The notes under the pieces: model-generated | The model's input: only the letters and a program-made list of their open reading frames with translations | Database searches by the model: none | What the model was told of the DNA's origin: nothing | In this document: one piece after another, positions 1-11,850 of the stretch | How positions within the stretch are numbered: position 1 is the stretch's first letter | Layout: each line of letters starts with the position of its first letter | Translations under genes and position numbers: made by a program | Source: Octopus sinensis | Taxonomy: Eukaryota | Direction: 5' to 3' | Length of the DNA stretch: 64,000 nucleotides | NCBI RefSeq assembly: GCF_006345805.1 | Contig: NC_043000.1 | Span: forward strand, 83,452,001-83,516,000

Positions 1-283
1 AAGTGGTCAAGCTTTGTTTCAGAGCAGACTAGTTTCATGTATATATGTATGTGAGCATGTGTGCATGCATACATGTATGCACGCATGCGTGCATGTATGT
101 ATGCACGCACGAGCGCATGTATGTATGTATGTATGTATGTATATATGTATGTCCTGTCTCCAAGATAGAACGCAGATAAAAATACCTAATTTCACTCTTT
201 ATCGAGATGTGTGTGAGCACTCAAAATATAACCGATTGTGTCTCTGTGTGTGCGTTTGTAGGTGTGTGTGTGTGTGTGTGTGT

Positions 284-342
<59 letters not shown>

Positions 343-419
343 GCGATTGTGCATGCATGTATATAAGCACATACACACACGCGTCAACACACATGACTGA
401 TAAAAGTAAACAATACTTC

Positions 420-884
420 AGTTTTCAAGATACAGGTAAGACTCTACTCCCTGGAGCAAAAGCAGGAGAGGTATGCAGTAATATACATCTGGAAGATCCT
501 GGAAGGAATTGTGCCAAATTTTGGCATTGAAAGCTACACCAATGCCAGAACTGGTCGACACTGCATAGTGCCAAAGATCCCAGCAATGCCATCGCGTTTC
601 AGGACCAGTTACTGCAACAGCCTGGGTTTCAGGGGTCCACAGCTTTTTAATATTCTCCCACAGAGCCTTGATTTTTTAAATCAAGGCTCGATCTCTTCCT
701 GTCGAGAGTCCCAGATGAACCTACCTCACGGCAACAGGTGCAAATGAGGGTAGCTACATCAAACTCCATTCTACATCAAGTGCCATATATTAAAGGAAGA
801 TCTCAGTTAGTTATAAAAGTGTAGCAAAACGGCGGTGCTCCAGCATGGCCACAGCTATGAGCTGAAACTACAAAAAAAAAAAAA
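420..884 (+). mobile_element. 3' fragment of CR1/L2-type LINE with A-rich tail
   Basis: Translates to ...ERYAVIYIWKILEGIVPNFGIESYTNARTGRHCIVPK...SLGFRGPQLFNILP, typical of a CR1-group ORF2 C-terminus. Ends GCTCCAGCATGGCCACAGCT...GCTGAAACTAC-A(n). Confidence 0.7.
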
Positions 885-1057
885 CTAGGAACAATAAATG
901 GACTATTTGTTATTGTAGGCTAAAGGGTTTGTATTACTGCACATTAGTCAAAACTTTTTATTGACACTATATTGTTTTCACTAAAATTGCGGGTCAAAAA
1001 AAAAAGATAAAGACAGTGAATTTCAGTATTACACACACACTCACACATGCACGCACA

Positions 1058-1100
<43 letters not shown>

Positions 1101-1509
1101 CGAGTTGTCCTGCGAAACGAGTATAGAGATTGTATATTTAAACATAAACAGCTACTGGAGAAGGAAGTCTAGGCGTGTTGGTCGTAGGTCAGGGAAGAGT
1201 GTTGAAAATTTAGTGTGCGCTGAAAAAGAATGATGAAAAATCTACATTAGAAGAAAGAATGAAGCGGAGAAGATCGTGTTTCTATTATAGGTCAGCGGTC
1301 TGAGTAAAGTGTGTGTGTGTGTGTGCGCGCGAGCGCGTACGTATGTAAACATAATACCCTACTAGGAGAGAGAACGAACTATTTTGTTGATGTAGATGCA
1401 GTAAAACAAGTTTGGAGAAAGTGACCGGGTGTCAGTAACATACTTTGTGTTTGTGTGTGTTTGTGTGTGCTTGTGCCTGTGTGTGTCTGTCTGCCTGTCT
1501 GTGCGCGCG

Positions 1510-1547
<38 letters not shown>

Positions 1548-2214
1548 ACTTTTTGAAAAGGAGAGTTGTTCGTTAAGGCCTGTGAATGAAGTGGTGCCGA
1601 GGGTGAAGAGAAGTGCAGACTGAATTATGATATGGCAGAATTGTTAGCACGCAGGGCAAAATGTTTAACGGCATTTCGTTCGTCTTTACGTTTTGAGTTC
1701 AAATTCCGCCGTGGTCGACTTTAGTTTTATCCTTTCGGGGGTCGATAAAATAAGTACCTTCTCCCGAAATTGCAGGCCTTGTGCCAAAAAATTTGAAATC
1801 ATTATTCGTGAGTGTAAGACGGTTAGCTGGCAGAAACGTTAACAGGTTGGACAAAATGCTTAGCGACATTTCTTTCGTTTTTTTTACGTTTTGAGTTCAA
1901 ATTCCGCCAAGATCGGCTTTGCCTTTTATCCTTTCAAGTACTGGAGTCGATATCATTGACTTACCTCATCCCCCAAAATTGCTGGGCTTTAGTTAAAATT
2001 TGAGACCAATATTATCCTTGAGTATAATAAACGACTTTTACTGTATATGTGCGCACATTTATTTGTGTGAGCAGTTTGCTTTTCAAGAATTTTCTTTTTA
2101 ACTCTTTAGTTACCCATGTCATTAGTTGTAAGTTTCATACATAATGACACTGTTACTGAAAGATCAAATTAATAAATGTAGAATACAATTAGATGAGCGT
2201 TATACTAATACATC

Positions 2215-2808
2215 TGTAGTGATCCGACAACGGCGCGCGCTCGCGCACCGCCCATTTGTATTTCGCGCGTGTTAGTGCCTTTACCAAGGCACAGAAAGGA
2301 AGGCCCCTCTCGCGCATGCGCGAACCACCGGTAGCACGACCCTATTGCCTACGTAGCAGTTAGCGAGGCAAGGGGGTCGTAGAACGTTTGACCGCTAGCA
2401 GCAGCAGCCAATGACTTGGGAACCAGCGATTGAAGGCGACGGTCACGCGTATATTCTCTCTCCGTCAGGGCTTGATTCTAGCAGCAGTCGGCCGAAATAC
2501 CTTTAACCAAATTGTTGCCGACCACATTTCAACTTCCCTGTTCGACGCCATTTTGACCCCTTTCTGTTTTTGGGCTGGACATTGTAAATATTACAATCTA
2601 TTAACTTATAGCGGTGCGCGCCCGAACCTAGGACATCAGATAACACACTTATTGTTATTGTTTACCAAGAAAGAGAATAAAGTAGTTATATGTATATTTT
2701 ACGTCTGCGTCCTGTTGTTTCTGACTAGTAGAATTCTGGATTATTAAAGCAACGGCTAGTGAGTGATTGCTTTGTGCACCCCAAAAGTGCACTAGGATAT
2801 TCACTTCA
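2215..2808 (+). mobile_element. Solo LTR (Ty3/gypsy-type)
   Basis: Starts TGTAGTGA and ends TCACTTCA (7/8 inverted match, TG...CA). Flanks CATC/CATT look like a 4-bp TSD. CpG-rich U3-like body and AATAAA at 2676-2681. An alternative right end at 2824 gives an exact CATC TSD. Confidence 0.65.
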
Positions 2809-2974
2809 CATTAAGTTCGTTTCACATCTGTTTGCTTTGTACACCACCTGTCTTCGTCTTTTGTTTTTATTCGTAAACTCTCCCTATATTATAACTAATG
2901 AAATATTTCGCGTAATATAAGAGAAAGAAGTTTAAAGAATGGTATGAGTCACAGCGCCTTTTTTTTTTAGTGTA

Positions 2975-3240
2975 GGACAACCCCGCCCCCTCATAGGAAA
3001 ATAACCCCTCTTTTACTCTTTTACTTGTTTCAGTCATTTGACTGTGGCCATGCTGGAGCATCGCTTTTAGTGGAGCAAATCGACACCAGGACTTATTCTT
3101 TGTAAGCCTAGTACTTATTCTATCAGTCTCTTCTGCTGAACCGCTAAGTTACGGGGACGTAAACACACCACCATCGGTTGTCAAGCAATGGTGGGGGGAC
3201 AAACACAGACACACAAACACACACACACACACACACTTAT

Positions 3241-3278
<38 letters not shown>

Positions 3279-3978
3279 CGACGGGCTTCTTTCAGTTTCC
3301 ATCTACCAAATCCACTCACAAGGCTTTGGTCGGCCCGAGGCTATAGTAGAAGACACTTGCCGAAGGTGCCACGCAGGATTTTCCCCATTCTTTCATCTTT
3401 ATTGTATTTTCTTTTAAAATACAAATTCAAATAAATACGTTTGAAAATATGAATTACTTGTTCCATATTGGTGATGTAATTTTCTTTTTATATGTGACCA
3501 TAACGATTCAATATTTTTTGATGAATTATATTTATCAAAGTTTCCTTTCTCTGGCTTGAACTAAAAGCCTTTTTTTTTTTTTTTTTGGCTTGTCTCTATA
3601 CCACCAAAAGCTCTTGGGGACAAAACCTGATTAGGACAAAGAAAAAGACAACACAAAAAAGAAATAGTTGCGTTGTTATATTTTTAAAGAAGATATGTTT
3701 TTATCTATAACATGACAAATTACGCTACTCAAGTAGGCAAAACCATGATCACGTGGAGTAAACAAACACAAAGAAAGATTATATTTTTCACGATAACTTC
3801 AGTAATAAAGTACTTAGATTATATTTTTCTTCTACTTTAAATGGTATTAAATGATATTAAAGTTTGAAAACAGAGAAAATGTAACTGAGTGAGTTTTGTC
3901 CTATTTCACACTTTAACTCAGAGGGAGTTTTAGGGAGTTTTCTCCTAGGGAGATTTGTTCTGGGGATGGGGTTGTCCG
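2975..3978. mobile_element. Degenerate TIR DNA element interrupted by a SINE
   Basis: GGACAACCCCGCCCCC near 2975 and GGGGATGGGGTTGTCC near 3962-3977 are inverted copies (14/16). A SINE occupies about 3010-3375. Confidence 0.35.
3010..3375 (-). mobile_element. tRNA-derived SINE family A (internal TA/CA microsatellite, CR1-like tail), 5'-truncated
   Basis: Reverse complement of the full-length copy at 38454-38865. Confidence 0.85.
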
Positions 3979-4159
3979 AGGACCCCCTATTTTTAAGTGC
4001 TTGCTCTCTCTTTTTATCTTTGAAAGCTGGCTACGCCTCTGGGTTAAGAGCGAATGATAGGCGGTTCTTTTCACTTTTAGTATCTATAAATAAATATTAT
4101 GGAAGATTGCCGACTGCGCATTCCTCTACCTTTTCCCCGTCATAACTTTCACTGCTAAT

Positions 4160-4217
4160 ACCACCACCACCGTCGCCGCTGCCGCTGCCGCTACTACTGC
4201 TGCTGCTGCTGCTGCTG

Positions 4218-4273
<56 letters not shown>
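4160..4273. repeat. Compound trinucleotide microsatellite (CCA/GCC/GCT/ACT)n
   Basis: Seen directly. Confidence 0.95.
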
Positions 4274-4274
<1 letters not shown>

Positions 4275-4405
4275 GCATCATCAACAAAATTAGATCAGAT
4301 AAAACTTGTTCGACAAAAAGAATGATTTCTGCAGAAAACGTTGTTTTTTTATATATTTTTTTTACGGAAATGTTTTGAATTCTTTAATCGTTGTCTAATG
4401 GGACT

Positions 4406-4454
<49 letters not shown>

Positions 4455-5091
4455 GTATATATATATGCATACATACGTGCATGCATACACACATGCATAC
4501 ATTCATATACGCATATACACATGCATACATATATACACGCAAGTATATACGCACATGTATACATAAGCATTCAAGCTAAATATGTAATCAACGTATTCAT
4601 GAATATGGGAACATATATAATGTAAATATGCAATTAAATATACATGAAAGGCCGGCACTGGGATGTGCGGGGCCCAATTAGAAAATTATCAGTGGGGCCT
4701 TCGATTCGGCAAAAGCTGAAGATTGATGATTTATGCTTCATGTAATATGCCTGTCCCAGCCAAAAAGCGTTGAGGACTTAAGACTCCACCATTAGCAACA
4801 ATGGATATAGCAAACGTTCATCATAGCGTCCTCCACTCCAGTGTATATATGGTGCACTCTCTTGGTGCAGAGCCCGCTCTTGGTGCGACGCCCAATTTGA
4901 ACAAATCTATCGACTCGGCTTCAAACTGGTCTTGTACATATGCATATATATATATTCAACTTATAAACAAGGGCAAAAGAAAAATTATTTCTATGCCAAT
5001 ATGCTGGCATAGGTATTTTAATATGCTGCCACTTTTGATGAAATTTTTTTCTAAAAATTTTTTATCCTATATTAGTAGTATATATATACAT

Positions 5092-5218
<127 letters not shown>

Positions 5219-5272
5219 CCAGAGTAAGCACATAAATGTGAAGCAAGGTGGGAAAAATTTATTTTGAATTAC

Positions 5273-5314
5273 AACTGGCCGACGAACGGGAAGGTGAAAC
5301 TCTAAGTAGTAGTT
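5273..5314 (+). ncRNA. Degenerate minimal hammerhead ribozyme motif
   Basis: AACTGG-CCGACGA-AC(GGGAAG)GT-GAAA-C(TCTAA)G-TA-GTAGTT. The core has U4->C and stem I has one mismatch. Confidence 0.5.
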
Positions 5315-5459
5315 TTTTGTGATGTTTTCACACCTTTAATAATAAAGTATGTGTGTGTGTGTATGTGTGCGTGTGTATGTGTGTGTGTGTATGTGTGTGT
5401 GCATGTGTGTGCGTGCGCGTGTGTATACGCACACACACACGCACACACACATACACACA

Positions 5460-5980
5460 ACCCTCCATATGGTCAAAATCTCTGAAAATTTGCCCGCCAA
5501 TAGACTGGAAATTCTTCTGTCCTATGGCTCAATTCTAATTACAATAGAGATGGTTTGAATTTCAACGGATGTAATCAGTTTCCTTGTTATGCTTTCTACA
5601 GAGGCAATACTAATTGTTGTAAAGTCTAGGGCGGCACTCAAGAAATCTACTTTTGTTAAGTTGGTGTTAACCGTTATACTTAGTCCGAATTCTTTAAAAT
5701 TATTTGCAAGATTCTTTCTGAGATTATCCATGTCAAGACCATTCATATGGTTTGCCAGGCCAAACAGTGAAGATGTGTCCCCACTTTTTTTTTTTTGATA
5801 TTTTTATTCAGAATAACTAACCTGCCGAAGTCAGTTATACCATTGTTATCCATGGATAGCTACGACCTTGGCCTTATCGTAGCTTCCAATTGATAGCCAC
5901 AATCTCACCTCTGCCGAAGCTTCCCATGGATACGTCATATAGAGGTTCCTTTAAATTATCCCATGCAGCAATGCTTGACA
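5460..5980 (-). mobile_element. Penelope-like element reverse-transcriptase remnant
   Basis: Minus strand reads LYDVSMGSFGRGEI (cf. PLE FDVTMGSFDGAE) and MDNLRKNLANNFKEFGLSITVNTNLTKVDFL (PLE RT downstream motifs), with frameshifts. A related fragment lies near 6780-7080. Confidence 0.7.
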
Positions 5981-6261
5981 CATAAACTGGCTCCACCAAA
6001 CTAGATACCGCGTCATATGGTACGTCAATAAAGAAAGAAACAACTAAAACCGTATTGAAATGAAACTATCCAAACTGGCCCCGTATAAACCTAGATCTAT
6101 CTATGAAAATCTATCCACAGAATCCTTTAGCATATTAAACATTAAAAAATTATAACTTCAATACAACAGATATAATAGGTGTTACACTGCATAAAAGTTA
6201 AAACTGACAATAACGAATTTTCAAAGCAATATATTAGGAAGAAGAGAAGACACATTTGATT

Positions 6262-6510
6262 TTTCCCTGCAGCTGTTTCGATAACGTACAAGTAAACGAT
6301 TCTAGATAATAATGGTATAAATATTAATTGCAGTTATAAATTAGTTTAGTTGAAGGTGCCATGAAAATGAATTCGTCAGGAACGTTTTTGTTCCTCACGA
6401 AATGACTTCCAAAACACATCCAAGATAATCAAATAGCTACAGTTAATAATTACGTAACTATTATCTTATTGAAAATGTTCTCGTGCACGTTATCGAGACA
6501 GTTGTAGAAA
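6262..6510. ncRNA. Back-to-back pair of degenerate hammerhead-like motifs
   Basis: Central inverted repeat TTCGTCAGGAAC/GTTCCTCACGAA (6372-6401) and outer inverted repeat CTGCAGCTGTTTCGATAACGTACA/TGCACGTTATCGAGACAGTTGTAG. Each strand reads TTC-CTSACGA...TCGARAC-AGYT-GYA-G. Confidence 0.45.
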
Positions 6511-6541
6511 CTTCTGAATCATTTATCTTCTAATCTTCCTC

Positions 6542-6611
<70 letters not shown>

Positions 6612-7618
6612 GTGTGTGTGTGTGTAAGAATTAGAGAGAGAGAGGAGAGAAAGAATGTGTACAGCTCTAAACAACTGCGTAGGAAATTATAACATTTTGT
6701 AAACAATATTCCATTGGATTTGTATGTTTTAAACATAAGAGATTATGATTCTAAAAACAAAGCAAAACATTATGTTTATTTGCTCCTTTAGCTTAATTTT
6801 TGCATTTTTTACTTTTGTTCGAAGCTTTTTTCCAGAAATTTCATTTAACCATTGGAGATTGCAATTATGCAATCGGGCTTTTATACTTTCTTCTTGAAAA
6901 TTATTTTTTCTTGCTACTCATTAGCATATCTCAAACTTTCACCATTACTTTCATTATAAAAAGAAATAGATACCTTCGTTATTGAATATATTTTAATTAT
7001 ATGGTTTGACATTGACAGGCCAAATTGTGAAGATGTGTACTTTTTTTTGTATGCAGGATAACTAATGTGTCGATTTCAGTTCTGTACTAATGCTTCAATA
7101 CTTATTACTTTAATCCTATGACTAAGGTATTTGGCTAGAAAAGTTTTTAGAAAAAAAAAATACGTATCAAACAGTGCTAAATATAAATCCAAATTTTTAT
7201 GCATTAAAGAATTTCCGACGCTATTGTATATGGTTACCTCTGCAAATATGCAAACACTTCAAAAATAAATAAATACTCCCCGTTATATTGTTTCATTTGT
7301 GCGCACACTACTTAATGCTTCAAACTTGTTTATTGTAGTATTAGTTTACATTTCAGATTACGTATATTATTAATGACACGAACACCAGAAGCAAAAGAGT
7401 TTTTTTTTTTTTTACTTGTTTCAGTAATTTGACTGCAACCGTACTGGGGCACCACCTTGAGGAATTTTTAGTCGAATGAATTGTCCCAGTACTTTTTTTA
7501 TAGCCTGGTACTTATTTTATCGATATCTTTTGCCGAACCGCTAAGTTACGAGGACGTACACACACAAACACCGGGAGGCATAAACACACACACACACAGA
7601 AGCCCGTCGTGTATATAT

Positions 7619-8780
7619 GCACTATAATAATACACTTGTGTTTTTCTCCGTCACAACATATGAATGAGAAAGGAAGGGATGATAGCTTAATAAGGAAGGA
7701 AGGGATGATGGCAAACTTTGTAGTGGGATGATGGAAAAAAAATCAAACAGCGTTTCAACTCTGTGTGAGTATATGTGCGTGTATGTAAAAGGGAGTTATG
7801 TGAATGTTTGTGCCCGCGCGTGTGTGTGCAATGGTAGTAGGATGGTGAACATTCAACGCCGAAAAGAAAAATCAAACAGCGTTTCAACTCTGTGTGAATA
7901 TATGTGTGTATTTGTGTGCGTGTACAAGGGAAGTATGTGAGCGTTTATGTGTGTGAACCAGCATTCTTTCGGTAACAAACGATGATCTATGTCACATCTC
8001 AAAATGCAAACACTAGATAATAGTGAGAAGTGTATTAATTTGAATTATCATCCATATTCTTTCTTTTGTCCTTATTTATATATAAAATACTACAATTAGC
8101 CGTCATTTTTTACGGCACGGAGTCAGCTAGTCTACTATAATAAGTCTTGTGTTAAGGCGGCGAGCTGGCCAACACGTAAGCGCGCCGGGCGAAATGCTTA
8201 GCGGTATTTCGTCTGTCGTTACGTTCTGAGTTCAAATTCCGCTGAGGCCGACTTTGCCGTTCATCCTGTCGGGGTCGATAAATAAAGTACCAGTTTCGCA
8301 CTGGGGTCGATGTAATCGACTTAATCCTTTTGTCTGTCCTTGTTTGTCCCCTCTATGTTTAGCCCCTTGTGGGCACTAAAGAAATATATAATAAGTCTTG
8401 TGTTTTTCTCCGTCACAAGATACGAATGAGAAAGGAAGGGGTGATAGATGAATACGGAAGGAATGGGTGATGGCAAACCGTTTCAACTCTGTGTGAGAAT
8501 GTGTGTGTGTGTGCAATAAAAATGAGATAGTGAACATTCATCGCTGAAAAGAAAAATCAAACAGCGTTTCAACTGTGTGATATATGTGTGTATGTGTGTG
8601 CGTGTATGTGAATGTTTGTATGTGTGAACCAGTGTTCTTTTAGTAACGAGCGATGACCGATGTCATATCTCAAAAGACAACCACTAGATAACATAAACAA
8701 GTGTATTAATTTGATTTACCATCCATATTTATTTATAAAATACTACAATTAGCCGACATCCCTGACGGTACGGGGCCAAC
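7619..8780 (+). mobile_element. Tandem dimer of a non-autonomous Helitron
   Basis: Two ~500-bp direct copies. Copy 1 ends GCCGT...ACGGC hairpin plus CTAG (8127-8130), followed directly by TCTACTATAATAA (8131), the start of copy 2. Confidence 0.7.
8154..8386 (+). mobile_element. tRNA-derived SINE family B (Meta-domain-like), full length
   Basis: A/B-box head GGCGGCGAGCTGGC...GAGTTCAAATTCC and TTCATCC..GGGGTCGATAAA core. 18-bp TSD TATAATAAGTCTTGTGTT at 8136-8153 and 8387-8404. Confidence 0.9.
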
Positions 8781-8849
8781 ACGGAGTAGATGAAGCAGGG
8801 ACAACTGTTGAAGGGGAATATTGTTTATGTTGCATGTCTCGTTTCTCTG

Positions 8850-11800
8850 CTCCCTCAGTCTGCTGGTAACACAGGAAGTTCAAGGACCAGACCGAGGAAT
8901 GTACACAGTTCTGCTCCAACTTTTATCAGGGAAGCTAGGCAGGAGACATTGGGCACGTAAGTCGTCTCCTCATCGATTCACCCTACCGTGCGTTCTTTAT
9001 CAGAGATGCCAATTCTTCAAAGTCCTTTATGGTGGATATGGGTGCCAGCTTAAGTATTTGACCTCGACGGTTTACCTCTACCAACCCTGGTCTTTCGGAT
9101 ATCTCTCTCTACGCGGTGAATCACTCCGCTATCAAAACCTATGGACAAATATCCCTCACCCTGGATGTCACTCCGTGGGGATTTCAAGTGGATCTTTGTC
9201 ATCGCGGACCTACCCTATTCTATTCTTGGTGCGGATTTCTTACACCACTATTCTCTTAGTGTGGACGTTAGGTGACGCCGACTCATTGATGACACCACTT
9301 CACTCGCCGTCCTCAGAAAGGATTTTTCTGTCCCCGTTGTGAGACTTCCTTTCTTCGTGGCCGTTTCTGGTGACTCCTACCAACAGTTATTTGCTTCGTT
9401 TCCAGAGTTGACTGATTTGTCATTTCATCCGTCGAATCCAGTCCATTCTACGAGACATTTGATCACGACCAAGAGACCTCCAGTTTTTTCCCGACTGCGC
9501 CGTTTGTCTCCAGAGAAACTTCGGATCACCCAGGCTGAATTCGAGCACATGCTCCAGTTGGGCTTCATTCGTCCTCGACGAGCCCGTAGGCAGCACCTCT
9601 ACACATGGCCAGGAAGAATGACTCTGTTTTCCGACCGGCTGGAGATTTTAGACGTCTTAACACTCTCACTGTCGCAGATCGCCATCCCCTCCCTAATGTT
9701 CAGGATTTTTCGTCTGCATGCGTGGCTGTAAGATTTTTTCTAAGATCGACTTGGTACGCGCGTACCATCAAATCCTAGTCACCCCCACCCCCCGACGACA
9801 TTGCAAAGACAGCTGTCATCACGCCTTTTGGAGCGTTTGAATTCTTGTCTATGCCGTTTGGACTTCGTAATGCGGCCAGCACGTTCCAAAGGTTCATTGA
9901 TGAGGTCGTTCGTGAGTTAGATTTTGTCTACACATACGTCGATGACCTTCTAATCGCCAGTGGTACTCCAAACCAGCACTTCCAACACTTGACCCAGCTG
10001 TTAAGCGCCTACGTTCCTATAATGTGAAGATCAACTCGGTTAAGTGTGTCTTCAATTCTACCAGTTTGGAATTTTGGGGACACCTCATTGACTCTGACGG
10101 TATTCGTCCGCTGCTCTCTAAGGTAGAAACCATCAAACGCTTGTCTCCTCCTGTTTCCTTAAAACAGCTCAGAAATTTTATTGGTTTAATCAATTATTAT
10201 CGACGCTTCATTCCTAAATGTGCGGAGAAGATACTTCCTTTGACCCAGCACTTGAAAGATCAACAAAAGAAAGACGCCTAGATAACACTGTCTCCTACAG
10301 TCATCCAAGCTTTTGAATCTGTCAAAGCTGTCCTTATTCAAGCATCTTTCCTCGCTCATCCTGTTCCAGATGCAAAATTATCACTTACTGTTGATGCGTC
10401 ATCATCTGCTATAGGCGCAGTTTTAGAGCAATCTGTCAACAACCGAAGCTAGCCATTAGCCTTTTTCTCGCGCCAGCTGAAAAATGCTGAACTAAGATAT
10501 AGTGTATTTGGTAAAGAACTATTTGCGATTTACCTGGCGGTGAAGCATTTCTCTCATCTTCTCGAAGGTAGAGATTTCGCGATTTTCACCGATCACACAC
10601 CGCTAACGTTCGCTCTCTTTGCAAAAACTGACCGGTACTCGCCCAGAGAAACGAAGCAATTAGACTATATATCACAGTTCACTAGTGACATTTGCCGCAC
10701 CGCAGGCACTGACAACATCCCCGCCGACGGCTTATCTCGCCTGCCTATCGGTGCATTGTCGTCTCCTGCTTCGATTGATTTGGTTGCTATGGCTACTGAC
10801 CAACCCTCTTTGGACTCTCTGGATAGCTCTTCACCACAAGTTTGAACACCTGCCTCTGCCTTTTTCTGAAGGAACCATTCTCTACGATGTTTCTACCGGG
10901 TCACCACGACCCCTCGTTCCTGAATGTCACCGTCGTGCTGTTTTTGAAGCACTGCATTCTCTATCACACTCCGGCATTGCGGCCATGGTAAAGCTTATCT
11001 CGGCCCATATATGCGACGGTCTATTACTGCTTGGTCACGTGCCTGTCTACCATGTCAGCGTTCCAAGGTGATTCGTCACGTGAGAGCACCACTTGGACAC
11101 CTGGTTCCGTCGCATACACTTCGACCTGGTTGATCTTTGGTCGGTCAGTTGTGGATTTACTTATATATTGACCAGCATCGACCGTTTCTTCAGATGGCCT
11201 GAAGCCATTCCTCGCGTGGACATCTCCGCGGAAACAGTCGCCAGAGCATTCATCTCTGGGTGGATATCTCGCTTCGGAGTACCTTCTAGAATTACTACTG
11301 ATCGTGGACGCCAATTTGAAGCTTGTCTGTTCCGTAAGCTTTAGAGATTGCTCGGAGTTCAGCACATCATTACCACCAGTTACCATCCTGTCGTGAACGG
11401 AATGGTGGAAAGATTACACCGACAGCTTAAAGCCACTATTCGCACGGCTCCTGACCCTCATCGTTGGTCCGAGTTTCTCCTCATTGTTCTGCTAGGGTGC
11501 CGCTCAGCTGGCAAGGAAGATTTAGGCTACTCCTCCGCTGAGCCCCTGTATGGCACCACCTTAGCACTTCCTGGACAAAATGCGGACCCCACATCTTACG
11601 TCACGCGACTCAGGACATTCTTTGCTGACCTGATACCAATGCTTCCTCGTGACAGTCTATTTCCTCTGCAGTACCTCCGGATATTTCTACCTGGACTTAT
11701 TTGTAAAACGATGCCGACAAGGGACCGCTCACACCTCCCTACACTGTACCCTATCGCGTTCTTAAAAGCACACCGAAACTGTTCACTGTGGTCACTCACG

Positions 11801-11850
11801 GAAAAAAAGAGACTGTCTCTGTCGACAGACTAGAAAAAGCCTTTTCCGAA
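8850..11850 (+). mobile_element. Decayed Ty3/gypsy gag-end/pol region (CsRn1-clade-like), no LTRs seen
   Basis: Gag CW*HRKF...CTQFC (CHCC knuckle), protease FMVDMGAS, RT KIDLVRAYHQI / MPFGLRNA / YVDD, RNase H VDASSSAIGAVL / IFTDH, integrase [11 protein letters not shown] / TDRGRQFE / NGMVERLHRQLK. Many stops and frameshifts. Confidence 0.93.

Noticed and set aside
14-400. ORFs rich in CV/HT/YI dipeptides (also 4341-5558, 17131-17406, 45227-46350, 49875-50351)
   Set aside because: Translations of (CA)n, (TA)n and (CATA)n microsatellites and SINE bodies; not genes.
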